Positions 12,411 to 27,210 of a stretch of DNA of 64,000 nucleotides are shown here, in pieces. The stretch lies in contig CDROCS010003447.1 in the NCBI GenBank assembly GCA_977020255.1, positions 62,001 to 126,000 on the forward strand, given 5' to 3'. The translations under genes and the position numbers were made by a program. Within the stretch, counting starts at the first letter, position 1, and every line of letters starts with the position of its first letter. The DNA is from Obrimoposthia wandeli. Lineage: Eukaryota. The notes beneath the pieces are model-generated. The model ran no database searches and was not told where the DNA came from. It saw only the letters and a list, made by a program, of their open reading frames with translations.

Positions 12411-15400
12411 TATCGAATTATATAATTTAGATTAACGCAATTACGTGGCAATATAAAATTATCGCTTGTTGTAATTTTGAAATTTAAACTTTACAATATT
12501 ATAGAAGATGATATTAAATTACTAAATTTAAACAAAAAAAGACTGTTTTTTAGTTTGTCGAAATTTGAAACTTATCACAAACTTAATCAGTGTGAAAAGA
12601 TTTAACTGGAAATGCAACTCAATAATTAAACTGTGAAAGGCATTTAAATATTTCGTAATTTAATAAAATTTAGATCATTTTCAGTTTTTTACTGATCTCA
12701 ACATATTTTTCCTTTTAGGTGATGATTTACAATTTTACTTTCAATCTTGTGACGGATTTACATGTTGAGCCATGTTGTTGAGTGTGTTGGTTACTAATAA
12801 ACTGACTGTTGGAAAGTGTCATGTATTCAAAAGCAATAAATTGAAATAACCTTCCCAGGGATAATCCATGATAATAGTTAAATGCAGAAACGCTCCAATT
12901 TTTGTCCCATAATTAACGAATGAAAACCATTATATGCATTATATATTATTATTTTTCTCAATCACTTGCAGTATGGAGGACACTATTAAGTCTGCTGTCC
13001 AAACATTTAGAAATAAATAACTAAAAATGTCCAGCAAGTAATGATGAATTTTATTTTATTAGTAAATACTTAAATACGATTTTGGTTATGTTCTTATGGT
13101 GAATGGTTGACCTTACAAAAACAGACAAAGCGATGTGCACGCGGTGAGCGGCCTTGACCAACTGAAGAGTGCAGCTGACTTCGGTTGGGAATTCAGCCTC
13201 CCACCAGTTTCAATTGTATCGACCGCGCTTCCAAACACTCAGGGTTGGTGAGGCCGGAGGAGACAACGATTACTAACTATATATGCTCACAGAGCAGGGA
13301 CAGCGAAAGGCGCAGGCTGGTATGCCGGAAGGAGGTCGTGTTCTGAGGCCGGAAGGGGAGATGTATGTGTGTGCTCGTGTCTCTATTTATAGTTCACCTT
13401 GATTTCAATAAAATCTGGAAATTGCCCGCGATCTTGGAGCGCAGTTGGCTGCCGTCGCGCCGGAGTTTTGCTCAGAAAATTGTACCTGCAAAAGAGATAC
13501 AATAGAATAATCCACACAAGAAATGACTATTGAAAGTAACATTCTACAAAAAATGTTACAGAAATTAGTTTGGGTCAGATGAGTGTGTTCTAACTGAAGT
13601 TCTAGCATGATATCGCTACTCAGAACTAAAAAGTACAGAATTTCATCAATGTATATCCTAGTGGGCTTGTCATGTTCGTCATCCCACATCGCCAGTTTTA
13701 CTAACCAAACATTGCCCCCAAACAGTCCTAATAAATCGTGCGACTTAATGAAGACAGCCACACATCCTTGACATTTGACAGTTGAGTATAAGTTGAACTT
13801 CTGATCATTCACGTTGCCTGCTACAATGCCAGCTATCAAAATGAAATTCCGAAGAGAATCCCAATAAAGACCACATTGTGTAACAGTTAATCAATTACAT
13901 TTGTCGAGAATGAGCAAACCTCACTCTCATTTGACAATATTTGCACACCTGCAATTTGCAGTTTCCATGAAATTGCTAAAACTCCCAATGGCTTTCTGTG
14001 GGTTTAAATCGCGGACACCCAAACTTTTTAACCCGTCGACCCTTTATAGAATATTTACCTTATCATCGACCTACAGATAAGTTGAATAAAAACAATAAAT
14101 CATTTTTTCCATTTCTGATTTTGAGCAGTAAAGATAACTGCAAAATACCCAGCGAAACTTATATTTCCCAGATCTTTCAAAATACCAAAAAATTAAATTA
14201 ACAGAGCAAAAATAAATTATTTGCTGTTATAAATTCAACGACAAAAATAGAAAAATTATGGATAATAAATGGAACAGCGGCACATGCTAAGGTTAAACTC
14301 AAGTTATAGGTGGGGTAGCCAGTAATTGATCTTATCGTGTTTCTATGTCTCTATTTTTACCCTAGAAAGTTCAATTGATCCTCTTTAGCATTGATCGACC
14401 CACTTTCGACCCTCTTGAATTAATCGACCCCTAGAGAACTCTGATCGACCCCGGGATCGATATCGACCACGTTGGGGATTTATGGTTTAAATGATTTTTT
14501 ATTAAAAAGATTTTTGAAGTAAATTATTATCTAGGTTACCGCCATAGACAATTTTTTTCATGTAATATATATTGTGCTAAGCATAATTTTGTGTATGTTA
14601 ATTAAGAAAAAGAGTAAATGTATTTATCAGAAAAGATTTTTAATAATTAATTGATATTAAGATTTATGATGGTATATTAAAACAATTGAATGAAATATAT
14701 AAAAAATTATAATAAAATATCTTTTAAATATTTCCTGTTCGCTTTTCTAAAATGATTCTGAATTTCATTTTCTAAAGTTAAAACTAAACATCATTTTATT
14801 CTCGAGAAAATTCTTGCGAATGAGCTATGAAGATCGATACACACTTGATTATATAGTGCAGCTACTCGATGGTTAATTTAGTCTTCAATTGTTGAACTAA
14901 TATTTGTGATATCAATGTTTACTAATTTAACAGGGTTAAACTCTTTTTGTAAGTTTATGACAAATTTATTGAAGAAAATGAAATTTACTATTGGATATAA
15001 TTTTAATAAACAAAAACGAGAAATAGAATAAATTATTAAAGATGCTGTCAATTATGCGTGTAATGTTTAAAGTGGAGTAAGGGAAATTATTTCTTTAATT
15101 TTATTGCAAGAAAGCAAAATATTCTTTGTATGGCTTTTCAATTTAATCTTTAAAATATAAAAATGAATTTTTAATCATATGAAACCACAAATAATAACCT
15201 AATTCTCAATAAAACCGATAATAGTTGCTTGCTAAATTTAGACCACTTTTCCTAATGCCGTTTTCCAAAGCTGCGGATTAAATTGGCTTTTAGATGTTTT
15301 CGAATATACAAGAATCCATTTCATTCTGATAAGCCGGTTTCTCTAGAATTAATTAATTTTGTTGGTATTTTGACATATCCAATTCACAGCTCTACGGATT

Positions 15401-15659
15401 TTACGACTAACAAGTCAATATGTTTATTTATGGGACTCGGTGAACTGCAGGACGCCGTAATCCCAATCTGTGTCCAGTGAGGCGTGACCTTGACTCCCGC
15501 TCTGTCATTCTGTCGCCCTGAAACTCCGATTGGATTCAGAACATTTTGTCACCATCATCAATCTCGATTGGGTTGCGCACGTACTCATTTGTCGAGACTG
15601 ATTATGAATACTAATGAAATTATTCCAGAACCAATTTAACTTTATGATCTTTACTAACC

Positions 15660-17640
15660 AGACAACGTTAGATGATGATTGAAATAACAAAAGGCAGCGC
15701 CAATATCTGATAAATGTGAAAATTGTTGTAAAGATTCAGAGCACAAATTGTCAAATATTCCCTCACTCTGTTTGTTATTTGAGAATTTCTTGGCCAATTT
15801 GTAGTCGTCATCGTTGCTCCTAAGATGCATATACATGCTCACTGCACCAGGCTCAAACTGTTTTGATAAAATATACTTTTTGATAATATGTAGAATCTTG
15901 AATTTAATTCAAACATTGATGTGTAGCCAATGGAGCTTCATTAAATGATCACTTGTGCTACACATATTGCAATAAAATAATAACTGTTAATATTAATTAG
16001 ATTAAATATAATTACAGAAATAAGAGAAAATATTCTAATAATTTTTTAGAATTTTCAGTAAAAGTTGAAACATTTTAAATTCTGGCTTCATAATTAGACT
16101 TTGATTTTAACTAAATTTAAGTTTTATTTGTGAAAAATTAAAATTTTACAAAAATATCAATCAAAAACTTTCTAAATATCATTCTGGAAATCCAGTTAAA
16201 TTTCTAATGCTCAAATTTTATTTGATTGATATAAATATTTAACTTAATAAGGTTTATCAAAATTTGTACCGCTCGTTTGATTTTCACTCGACGCTTCTTT
16301 GTGCACATCTGTGTATGTTTGTGGTATTGTTGGGGTTGTTAAACTATATTATTGTTAGAGTTAAATTTAAAAGAACATTAAAAATAGCAATATTTCAATT
16401 ACTATCCTTAAAAAATTTTAAGCAAATAAATAACAATTACTTAAGTTATGCATAAAGTTTATACCAAAATACTTATTAAAATGTTATGAAGTGACTCACA
16501 ATAGAGAATAATAGTTTTAAAGTATTAATGAATTTAGTGTAAAATTCCCATTTTTACGAATAACTTTTTAAAGAAAGACCTTAGATCAAATTCTGAACTT
16601 CACATGAGTAAATGAGTAATGAAATATCGATTTATTTCATGTATGTTCGAAAGATTTTCAACTTTCGAATTAAGAAAGATCCACAAAAATGTAATTTTTG
16701 TTAATTAAAACGTTAATTAATAAAACTTTAAAGAAGAATTTCTAGACATCTAAAAGTCACAAATAAATGAACAAAACATCATTTTAAAGTATAAATTATT
16801 TCTATTTGAAAAATGTACTTGAAATTGCCCTATATTTTGATCATTGAATTTTGATAAAGAAGTTAAAGTAAAACTTGAAATTGCCCTATATTTTGATCAG
16901 GGAATTTTGATAAAAAGAAGTGATTTTAATAAATATCACCCGATATATAGAACTCGTAAATTGTTAGGACATCTCCATTTGTGTGAAGTTTAGTGAAGTG
17001 AATTTAGGACTAGTTGTTGTACTTTTTAGAAACGTAGTTACAGTGAATTAGAGAATAAAATTTCCTACAAGTTAGACGGTGTTGTTTTGAACAAATCCCT
17101 TGAAATCAAGTAAGTATCAACTACTCCATACATTACACCACATTAAGGGAATTTTTCAGCGCCCGCATACACAACTCCTCACACATCTCCACAACACCAA
17201 GAAAAAACAAACCTTCAAATTAGAATTTGAGACAGGTAATAAAATCTAAATAGGCCACAAACAACTGCAAGCCCTATTGCTATAGAGTTCACGTTGGGGG
17301 CCTCTATCCGAGGATCTATTTAAGAGTTTCGAATAGAAACCCCAACATCTACATAAAGATTAGGGGGATATAAAAACCCTTTTTTTTTGAGAAATAGACA
17401 GAATAAAATATTTCTGGACATCGTGACTAGCCTCCTACAAAAAATTCGACAGGTCATTATTTTATTTTTGTAATTTTTATTCTTCAATATTATAACGTTT
17501 TTAAAAATATTGAAATTTTGATTTGAGAACTCTCACAATTGTTAGCCCCTGGTCATTTTTTGTATGTAATAAAATTATATTACAAATTTTGTATTTTCTT
17601 TTTATATTTAAATTAAACCCCACATTATTCACTAAAATTT
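15660..17640 (-). mobile_element. Decayed L2-clade LINE copy (RT to 3' end), interrupted by an LTR fragment
   Basis: Collinear inverted match to 37300-38990 (16355-16820 vs 37845-38305, 17500-17640 vs 37380-37480, 15680-15960 vs 38660-38890). Boundaries approximate. Confidence 0.7.
16965..17347 (+). mobile_element. 3' fragment of the Gypsy-type LTR family (copy D)
   Basis: Contains AATAAAATTTCCTACA (17054), TAGGCCACAAACAACTGCAAG, CACGTTGGGGGCCTC and terminal GAAACCCCAACA at 17347, as in copies A, B and C. Confidence 0.8.
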
Positions 17641-17749
17641 ACACGGAAGTAGGGCGACACTCTATAACCTTTACAATTGATCAATCCGTTATTTCACAAC
17701 CGATTGTTTCCTTTGCCAGTTGTCCAATTTCCTTTCCTTAATTAGGGTA

Positions 17750-18350
17750 AATACCCTACTTTAAATTAGTTTACCAAATACTTAAATTCGTTCGATCGTT
17801 TTCAATTAATCATCTTATCAATTACGACACAAGTCTGTTTTATTACAATTAACTGTCACTCACCGATTCCAAAAGTTTCACGTTCTTCTGCTTTTCTAAC
17901 GAGCACTCGATTAGTCTTTTATCGGTCTATATTACAATTAATTTGCTTGATACTTCTTTACTTCAATACTACACTTCTTTTTCCGACTGGTGATTCCCGT
18001 AATTCGCTCTTTTACGATTCTGGATTAGGCGTCTTTTCTACTGACAATTTCGGCTTTCGTTGGTTAACAATTGCTGAAATGCGGTGTATATATACAGTTT
18101 TACCTTCGCCGGCTATCACTGCGAGACTGGATGCTGGTCTGACTGCATTATTGTCGCTCTTGTAGATCAATCGAAATAACAACGTTCCCTAGTGTCGCAA
18201 CTTGATGTACTTAAATGGAATAACGAATTTCTTTCTAAATTTAAATGTTTCTTTAACAATCTTCTTCGGTCTTTTTTGACACTTTTATTATCATATATAT
18301 TCATTCCTATGACATTTAAGGTCTCAATTTATTAAAATAACATATTTTTA
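17750..18350 (-). mobile_element. Possible diverged 5' half of the same LTR family (copy G)
   Basis: The reverse strand shows the A-rich U3-like block AAGGTTAAAAAAGTAAAATT...GAGACCTT, then a GC-richer segment with AAG|GTAAA...TTTCAG. Similarity is patchy. Confidence 0.35.
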
Positions 18351-20229
18351 ATTTTACTTTTTTAACCTTTGAATACAGTAATTATTCACCTATAAGGGTG
18401 TCCGGTCACCGAAAATTTCACGCTTCACCTATAATAGTACCTTTCCAAGCTTTTAAATAAAGCATCTATAAGTGATTCGGTGTCGGTCTCTCTCAAAAAC
18501 ATGTTTTAATGAATACCCTTAAATAAACTTACGAGTCAACGACACTAATCATATTGCTATCGGCAATATCGACTTTGATTGGGTGTACTATTCCATACAA
18601 AACACAATTAATTACCGAGCATCACCATTGGCCAATTGGCACTTTGAATTGCACACCTACAATAATCGACTCTAATTGGTCACTACAAACGAACTAAATA
18701 TGCGATTCCGCAATTTTGCTGAATCACGTTTTACTTATTAATTTGTACTGTACAATACATTTTATTAACTCGCATTAAGTAATGCATTTAACTTAGCCAA
18801 CAAAAACCCACAGAGGCAAATTACTTAGCCATTTTGAATTATCGTGACAATAATTCGTTCTTGATAATTGGCTGATATTAATTATCGACAGATTTAATTG
18901 GCATATCCGGATATAATCAAATTAGATTTTTTACTAAAATAAGTTTTAGGAAGATTTAGGTTTAGAAAATGGGCAACGCGATTCCAGAGTTGAATTTATT
19001 CTCCAACCATTCACAACAAGTACAGAAGTCAATAATGAGACGTTGGTTTCTTCTTCGACCATTTAGTAAAAATACCCCGACATGACAGACAAGATATTTA
19101 CAATTAATTTGCAGACATTCTTTGATGTAGCGATTTGCTTCTGAAACCATCGTGTAAGCAACTGACAAACGTTGGAACAATTTTCTGAAGACTTACCTGG
19201 ATTAATTTGGTAGATAAAGAAATTAACTATTGGATATTATTTTAATAAACAAAAGCGAGAAAATATAGGGATAACTATTTTCCAATATTTTATTTGATAA
19301 GCAAGAGAATGTACCTCAGGTGATAATGATAAAAATAGCACCGATTTATATATTATTCGAGTAAGTTATTAACTCATTTCAGTCAATTTTCTTAACCAGT
19401 CCACTAATGTTAAAATTTAGAAAACTAATTTTTTTTTAAAAAATTCGATTAGTTAGAACAAAATTAATTAATGCAATAATGCTGGTACAATTTAAATACA
19501 ACTTTAATTTTTGCTTTTAAAATTATATTAGTATTGTAAATTATAAATATATTAATTCAAAATATTTTCAAATTTGATACGCTACACTTTGATTTAATTT
19601 TTATTTGTTGGAATAAGTCATATGAAACAATCTTGTAATTCTAAAATAAAAATCAATCTTACAGTAAATTACAATTAAATAAGAAGAAAATTATATTTAA
19701 ATCAAATTTCTAAGGAATTGTTCATACCAGATATCTGATTTATTACACACATTAATGAGTTATAAATTCAATATCGAGGAAATTAACCATTTTCCCTTGT
19801 AAACAAGAATAACATTATGATGTAAATAAACGATTTATTAATAAAACAGTATAAAATAATCTATTTGATAAAAAGTCTGAAAATATATTTAAAGAAGTCT
19901 TTCTAATTGTGGTTTATTTTAATAATATTTCTTTGTTTAGTAAGTTTGTATTATTTGACAATTGTAAATGAAAGGATCACAACAATACAAAACGAAAAAC
20001 ATTTCACTACCCACATTTATTTTCACACCAAATATTTTATTGCTCATATTTCCTAACTTTTTAATATTTTACATTTATTTAAATGCAAAATAGTTTTGAC
20101 TACCGCCTGTCCTTGATGGTCCGAATAACATTACTGTGTACTTCTATAAATTGGTTTAATTCTTTAATCATTTTAATCAGCTTTTGATCAATCGCAATAT
20201 CGTCACTTATATTTTATCTTAATATATTT

Positions 20230-20830
20230 ATTGAAATGTCGTCGACTCGTTCATATCAAAAAGATTTATCTATTAAGAAAATACCTTAGTACTGAGATAA
20301 CTACAAAGCAAATGCGTACAATTTTTACACCAAGACTAGATTTTCCTAATTAATGATTGTTTAATATTCAAGCTCATCAATTAGGTAGCTTATAAAAAAA
20401 ATTAAGCACAGCCGTCAGAATTATATTCAAATTAAAGAAAAGTGATAGTACAAGTGACCATTTAATGAATCTTCATTTACTACCATTAAATACCAAAATT
20501 GAATTCAAGATCCAGCTTTTTATCAAAAACACGTTCTTTAATACAGCCCAAATATGTATATGATCTTCTACATCCCGGTGCAGTGAGCATGTATATACAT
20601 CTTAGAAGCAACGACGACTGCAGATTGGTCAATAAATTCTCAAATAACAAACAGAGTGAGGGAATATTTGACAATTTATGCTCTGCATCTCTACAGCAAT
20701 TTACCGATGAATACGAGAAACTGTGACAATGTTGAAAAATCCTAGAAGCAGCGGAAGACATTACTATTCAGAAAATATTAAGAATAATAACGGAAACGAA
20801 GAAGCAGTTTTGAGTAAAAAATCATCGATT
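20230..20830 (+). mobile_element. 5'-truncated L2-clade LINE, ORF2 C-terminus
   Basis: Translates (with stops and frameshifts) as LRKYLSTE..TRLDFPN..AVRIIFKLKKSDSTSDHLMNLHLLPLNTKIEFKI..YALHLYSNLPMNTRNCDNVEK. This matches the L2/CR1 SRLDYCN...LHWLPI..RI.FK...LWNSLP tail. Confidence 0.8.
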
Positions 20831-21169
20831 AATCAGATATAAGGGCTATATTAATTATATTTTGAATTATTTTTTCATGTGAATGCTAGTTTTTTTTAAT
20901 TTTAAATAAAATTCATAATTGAATAATTTGAGTTTCTTTAAATGAGTCTAAATATAAAATGGATGAATTTTAAGTTTGCAAATTAGAAGGCGCATAAAGT
21001 CATTGCAAATAAATACGTTTATATCTATTAATGCGTACATAAATTATACTTTATTTTCCTTCGTTTTGAATTACAACAAATCTACACTTATCTGGTGGAC
21101 AAACGGTTAAGGCACCAATGTGATTGATCTAACGGCAGTTACAGGTTGTGAAGCGCACTGCACCTGTGG

Positions 21170-21300
21170 CCTTCTCTGGTGTCTTGCTGATGTCAGCAGA
21201 GGGGGAATCAAAACCACACTCCTAGCTAACAAAACCTCTTTGATTCAACCAATGGATCTAGGGTGATTGAGGGTTTGAGGCTTCAAATGCTGTTGGCTCA
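21170..21300 (+). mobile_element. pogo/Tigger DDE transposase remnant
   Basis: LLANKTSLIQPMDLG-(frameshift)-VIEG resembles the pogo motif LPPNTTSLIQPMDQGVI. Confidence 0.5.
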
Positions 21301-22276
21301 AGATGACTCAATTTCTCGTGCGTATTGCTCTCCTGCTAGTGGAATGAATGGTCGACTTCAGAATGAACTCTACAAATGTGGGGAACAGATTGAGGAGAAA
21401 GGAGCAACACAGTGACCTGGAATCTGCTCTAGAAGTGGAAGACACTGCAAATCGTCCGAGGACGTCAAATGAGCGAGCCAATTACCTCAGGTGATGTTGA
21501 TGGTTGGGCAGTCTCTTAAATGAACACGAAGAAGCGAATTGTGCTGACAGCAAATCAGACGAGACGACGACAGAGAATGACTTCTGAAGAGCCTCAAGCC
21601 ATAGAACACAAAGTCGACTGAAGAAGTAAAGTTCCAACTTCAATATGATGGAAAATTGCCCAATCAACAGTTGAGATATCATGTTCAAATACGACAAGAG
21701 TGAAGTGAGACCAAGAGCGGCTGTGTGATGTGCCACTATAGCCTCGACTGGAGAAATAGGGAGCTAATATTGACGCGTCAGTGTGCATGAGGAGGGTCTA
21801 TTGTGTCATATAAAGTTGCCAGCTTGAATGACGTGCAGGAGCAGCCTCCAACTACTCGTCTAATTTCATATATTGTTCCATTTCGTAATCTTAACTGAAT
21901 TAAATTTTATAAAAGCACACAAAACTAAACTAAGTACCGTTAACTGAGTGTGTGAGTTCAAAATGAGGAGACATCTTTGAAAACTGCACAAGCTATCTTG
22001 ATTTCAGCAAGCAATTAAAATCAAACAAATGTAATGTGTAGTAATATATTGGAAATTTCGCTTTACGTAGTAAATCCTCAATGTCGCGATTATTCCTTTG
22101 ATGATCCAAAATTATATGACCTGTTACATTGTCATGGTAACTATGGATTCGGACTCTCTTAGTACCCCCTACCAAGTGAATATGTGCGCCCACCAACCGG
22201 GAGTGAATGTGTGTATACTGGGAGTGATTGCGTAATCATCCAAGGGTGACTAACCATACCATAAAAGGTCTGGCTG

Positions 22277-22441
22277 AAAGGGTTATGAAGGTTTGGTCAT
22301 GACCCTCTTTTGTCCATCAACACATCTAAAGAGTTATGAGGGTTTGGTTGTGACCCTCTATTGTCCATCAACACATCTAAAGGGTTATGAAGGTTTGGTC
22401 GTGACCCTCTATTGTCCATCAACACATCTAAAGGGTTATGA
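22277..22441. repeat. 51-bp tandem repeat, about 3.2 copies
   Basis: Unit AAAGGGTTATGAAGGTTTGGTC...CCATCAACACATCT starts at 22277, 22328, 22379 and 22430. Confidence 0.9.
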
Positions 22442-23039
22442 TCGTTCACAGATGAAGGGGTCAGATTCAGATATAACTTGAAGGTTTAAGGTATGATTGT
22501 GAACATCTAGGAATGAACAATACTTCTCAGGGATTGTGGTCGTCCATATATGAAGGGGTTGGGCTAAAGATAAAATAAAGTTGAAATATCGAAGTGTCAA
22601 AAAAGTTGGAATTTCAAAATTTTAAGTACATGCTTCTGTTTGTCAAAGTATTGTGTTTCTGAATAAATTTTATGGTCGTCCACAAGGTAAGGGTTGGAAT
22701 CAGAACAAAAGTATTACTTTATTACATGGTTGGATTTGTCTATCAAAATCAAGTTTAACCATACTCTTGAGGAATTGTGGTGAAAAATCAAAATCATATT
22801 ATAATCTTTTATTGAGCAAGTGTCGGTTTTGTACTTTTGGTTATTTGTTTCTTTTATTGTTTACTTTCAATTGACAAAAATTTCAAATTATCAAACAACT
22901 TTATATTTTCTTAAAGCTTGACATACGTTTACAAAAGATAATTGTAATGTTTCACCAATTATAACACTGGCATACAATTTTCGAGTTGGTTTTCTTTTGA
23001 CAGCTTTAAGCAGCAGCAAGTTGAAATTTATCTGTTGGG

Positions 23040-23740
23040 GGACCTTCTTGAATGCTGTGCTGCAGGGCAATCTGTTTAGGCCTTGCTACAAATCTACATC
23101 GCGTGTATGCCCCATCTGCATTTATAGCGTTCTTCCATCACTTTGGCATGGTGGACGATGTCAGGTAGTGTACTCAGCAGTTCCTTGTGCCATGTAACGT
23201 ACTGCTACCTGTGCAGTTACAAACAAGACTCATTGGCTCATTGATGCAAGATTCTTTCAACTTCTTATGCATCTGGGAACCATCAAATAAACCTATTTTC
23301 CCTTCTCCTCGCACAGTTATATCAGCAACAATCTATATCTTGTTCTAAAGCTTTAACGAATTAGATCAAGCCAAAGGGGACTAAAACTAATCGACAAAAT
23401 CTTCGTTCTCAATGTCCAAACTTTCTCTTGGGGAACAATGTTGGTCCTTAGCTCTACTGACGCAGTAACAAAGAAATCAGGCCTACTGGTGCATATCTCT
23501 TAAATTATTTTACTATTCTTTGAGCTTGATAGAATCTCCGATGGAAATTGAGCCAAACAAGTTCCCTTTATGAAGTAGAACATATTTACTGCTTCTTTTG
23601 ATGCTGTCAATGCATTAAAGTTCTTGGTGTCAAGTTGAAGTAGATATTTCCCTCAATCTGGCAAGCAACTGGCAGAATTTATTTGAGATGTCAACGCCAC
23701 GAACTAAACCATTTAGTTCATTATGATTCAAAAGCTACAA
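23040..23740 (-). mobile_element. Internally deleted CMC/Chapaev-3-type transposase remnant
   Basis: Minus-strand fragments HNELNGLVRGVDISNKFCQLLARLRE, IDSIKRSSKYVLLHKGNLFGSISIGDSIKLKE and KVMEERYKCRWGIHAM match ELNDLVRDL.L.K...LLASRL, FIDSSKRSLK.VLLHNGN and ME.RYQGRW in order. Confidence 0.7.
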
Positions 23741-24099
23741 GACAGCACTTTGAAATTTATTATTCATTTCCCACTTTTATCTTCAAAATAATATAATTCA
23801 CAAAACACGAATTCGTCTGGACTTCACTGAGCCCCTCTCGGCTTTATTAGTCCTGTGCTCCATTAAAGGGCACAATTTCCCCATCTGCAGCATACGGCTA
23901 TAGCTAGGCCGATAATTTACACTTTTAGTGCTTTTAAAGTCGTTCCTCGAGTCTTCAACAGCATCACCAATTTAAACATCTTTTCTGCACGTAAGTTCAT
24001 CTTCATCATCACGGAGTTCCGGAAACTCAGTGAAAATGGAACCGGAATTTCTGAGTATTATTATTGTAGGTTGTTTCGGTAAAGCTCCCCGATGTAGTT

Positions 24100-24300
24100 G
24101 TGAGAAAACATGACGCGATAGATAATTATCAGAAAATCGATGCTGTAGAAAGCAAACAATTTTTATTTAGCGACTTAGCGATTTTCCAACATGACAATGC
24201 CCCAATTAATATGCAAAGGTCACAAATTATTGGTTTATCGGCCATAAGTTTCAGTTGTAGTTTGGCCTGCTGTGTCCGTCCTCATTAAAACACCATTGGA
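24100..24300 (+). mobile_element. Tc1-type transposase fragment
   Basis: IFQHDNAP followed about 30 codons later by a degenerate WP..S.DLN.IE-like segment. Confidence 0.45.
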
Positions 24301-25096
24301 AATAAATCACGATATCCGGTTCGCCTGACTTATCTATGTGGAAATAATCGTGAGTGTGTAGAGACTTAAAGGCAGCTTTATTCTAGGAATAGTCTGAATT
24401 GACCCCTAAATATTTATTTAGCAATTTATTACACATTGTAACAAACTTTTCTAATTCCATTAAAGTTATCCTCAGTTTCCATTTTTTATCAAATTTTGTG
24501 AAATTATGTTGGTACTTACTTACTGACCTTATATTACTTATAAGAGAACACAGACAATCGGGATAGTTTGAATGGTAGGGAAATAACCTAAGAGTTCCCT
24601 GTCTAAGATCAAGACGATGGTAGGGTCCACGGAGGCCCCCATTTCCTCAATCCGAATGAAATAGATACAAAGTCCAATGCACAACTTCTCATGTCAGGGC
24701 GATTGATTGGAATTTTCGGGATTAACGCAAATAATTTGAATGACAATATTATTAAAAAATTATTATCCCCGGAGAAAGGAACAACACCAATTTCACTGTT
24801 CTACAGTAAATTCAGTACTTATGCAATTTTGTTTGGGACAAATTTTATTCCTTATTTTGCTGCTGTTCTTTATGAAATAAATATAATTTGAGATTTGTTT
24901 CTACAAATTTATGGAGAAAAATAACAATATTTATAAAGTTATATGGATTTTTATCGCATACTTATTTATGTTTTTTCCCCCTGTATAAATGGAGGGAATA
25001 AAGAAAGTATCACACAATTGTTTTAAATAATTTGCATCGAAAATTACCGCTAATTTAAATATTTGAATTATTGAAGTATCAGCTTAGTTACTGTTA

Positions 25097-26356
25097 GGGT
25101 GTCTCGTGAGTATTTTCGTTTTTTCTCAAATTAAATTTATGAAAACACAAAATATATAAACATTTGAAACAAAGTCCATCATGATCTGTGGTTTGCCGCC
25201 ATCCTTGTGCTAATCGTCTGATTCCACGAAAATACCAGTCCTTGGATTTAGACTCGACAAACTCCAAGCCTCTCTTTACACACCATCGAGTTCATTGAAG
25301 CACCTGCCTTGCAGAAAAGATGCCATTGATTTAAACAGGTGGTAATCTGAAGGAGCTAAGTCTGGGCTATAAGCTGGATGTGGTAACAATTCGATGTCAT
25401 CTAAAATCTTGTTGGTTTACAGACATTTTTAAAAAATGTGAGGTCTTGCATTATCATGAGGCAGTACTACTTTCTTTCAGTTAACTAAATAAGGATGTTT
25501 ATAGTTCAAATATGAATGTGTGCTATCTTATTGTTCACAATGGAGATCAGAGTTTAATGTTTCACCCCCATGAAGCATCTCAAAGTGAATTATGTGTTTG
25601 AAATTCCACCAAACACACAGTATGTACTTCTTGACGAACCTTCGACTTTAGCTACCGGTTCGGCGGACTGACCAACACCTAACCGCTGGTTTTATCTGAG
25701 TTGCGTAATTAAACCCATTTTCATTCACTAGGAATAATTGGATTAAAAAATCTATCGACCAATTGATAATTCAGCACATTTTCACAAATTTTTACTTTTT
25801 CATTTTTTTATTGATTTTCTGACATTACGTATAGTTCAACTTTACCCCTTCGATTTACTTTCCCTAATTGCTGTAGCTCTCTGTGTGTGGTATTTTTAGA
25901 AAGCCCTAAATCAGCACCTAAATCTCTTGTAGACATTCTTGGATCAGCTTCAACTATTTTACGGTCTCTAGAATCGTACGTCAAGGGCCTTCTTAATCTA
26001 GATCTAAGTTTAAGGTTTAAATCTCCTGATTTTAAACTCTTGTACTAATTTTTGAGCTGTAAATGATGAAAGTACACTTTGTTCTTCGTATTTGCATATA
26101 CATATTGAAGCTTCAAAGTGTTCACACCTTGTTTGAAATAATGTCTAAAACTCACAAAATTTCCATGTTTGTTTCCCTTTTTATAAAGCTCAAAATAGAT
26201 TATTTTAAATAAAAAGGAACTACTTTTATATTTTTAAAATGGTCAATTTTTCTGCTTTCAAATTATTTATGGTTTGAATATATTTTAACAAACGTCTCTC
26301 AGTATAATATATTCTTAGAATGGTCATGAAAAAACAAAAATACTTTTCAGACACCC
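25097..26356 (-). mobile_element. Full-length but decayed mariner element (~1.26 kb)
   Basis: TIRs GGGTGTCTCGTGAGTATTTTCGTTTTTT and GGGTGTCTGAAAAGTATTTTTGTTTTTT, each flanked by TA. The minus strand gives FKSGD (HTH), HDNARPH, LPHPAYSPDLAPSDYHLF. Confidence 0.85.
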
Positions 26357-27079
26357 TAAAATTGCACATATTTGTGATATTCCGCTTAAGGAGGGCGATT
26401 GAATAGTGAGAGGTTCGCAGTATTCGTTGGTAGAATGTTGAGGGTCCCTAGTCGAATGGCAACAAGTCCACACTAAAGTATGTATTTACAATTCACAGAT
26501 GGCTGCATTATAATCTCAATAGGGGCTCTAAGTTGTGTGAGAAGATCTTCTGAATAAGAAGAACAGTGTGAAGACGAAGACGAAGTCTGTACATGATAAA
26601 AAGTCCGAATTGTCCACAATTCCGAGGTCCATCGAAGATGAGGTGTCCTGAATATGAATTTTAATCAAAGTTACAATATATATTTAACCAATAATCGCAA
26701 ATAAAACCTTATAAAATTTTGTTTCCTTAATAATCTGGAACAAAAGTTTACGAGGATTCTCTTTCAGTGATGACAGTTTTCGCTGTGTAATTTTTCTTAT
26801 TTCTGTATTAAGTAGCAAAAACTTTGAAATTCTGATCATTCCTTTTTCGTGTGAAAACAGCGATGTAATTTAATTTTCCATAATCGTTTTAACATAATTT
26901 TCTTTTAAATAATTTTTATATATATTTTAATTTTTTAATTTGGAGAAATTTCCTTATTAGTGTTACTTTAATTTAAAGTAATGTATATTATCAATTATGT
27001 GCGTGACGAGATAAATAATGTCACGGATGATACTTCTACATCCGTGTTAAGAATGGCCACAAGAGAGTCATACATGATT

Positions 27080-27210
27080 TGTCGCGAACAAACCACCACA
27101 AAGAATCAGGGCAGAGTGCTTTTACTTCAACTTTACAATGCAGTCATCCTACTATTTGGAAACTAGAACTTACATTAAAATCAGAAGAATCTTTACAAAG
27201 TTCACGTTTG
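27080..27210 (+). mobile_element. MULE (Mutator-like) transposase C-terminal fragment
   Basis: AFTSTLQCSHPTIWKLELTLKSEES resembles the MULE tail motif HP.IW..I..LK.E that follows RTNN..EGWH. Confidence 0.45.

Noticed and set aside
13405-13839. 144-aa minus-strand ORF
   Set aside because: Non-ATG start, no recognisable domain or splice support.
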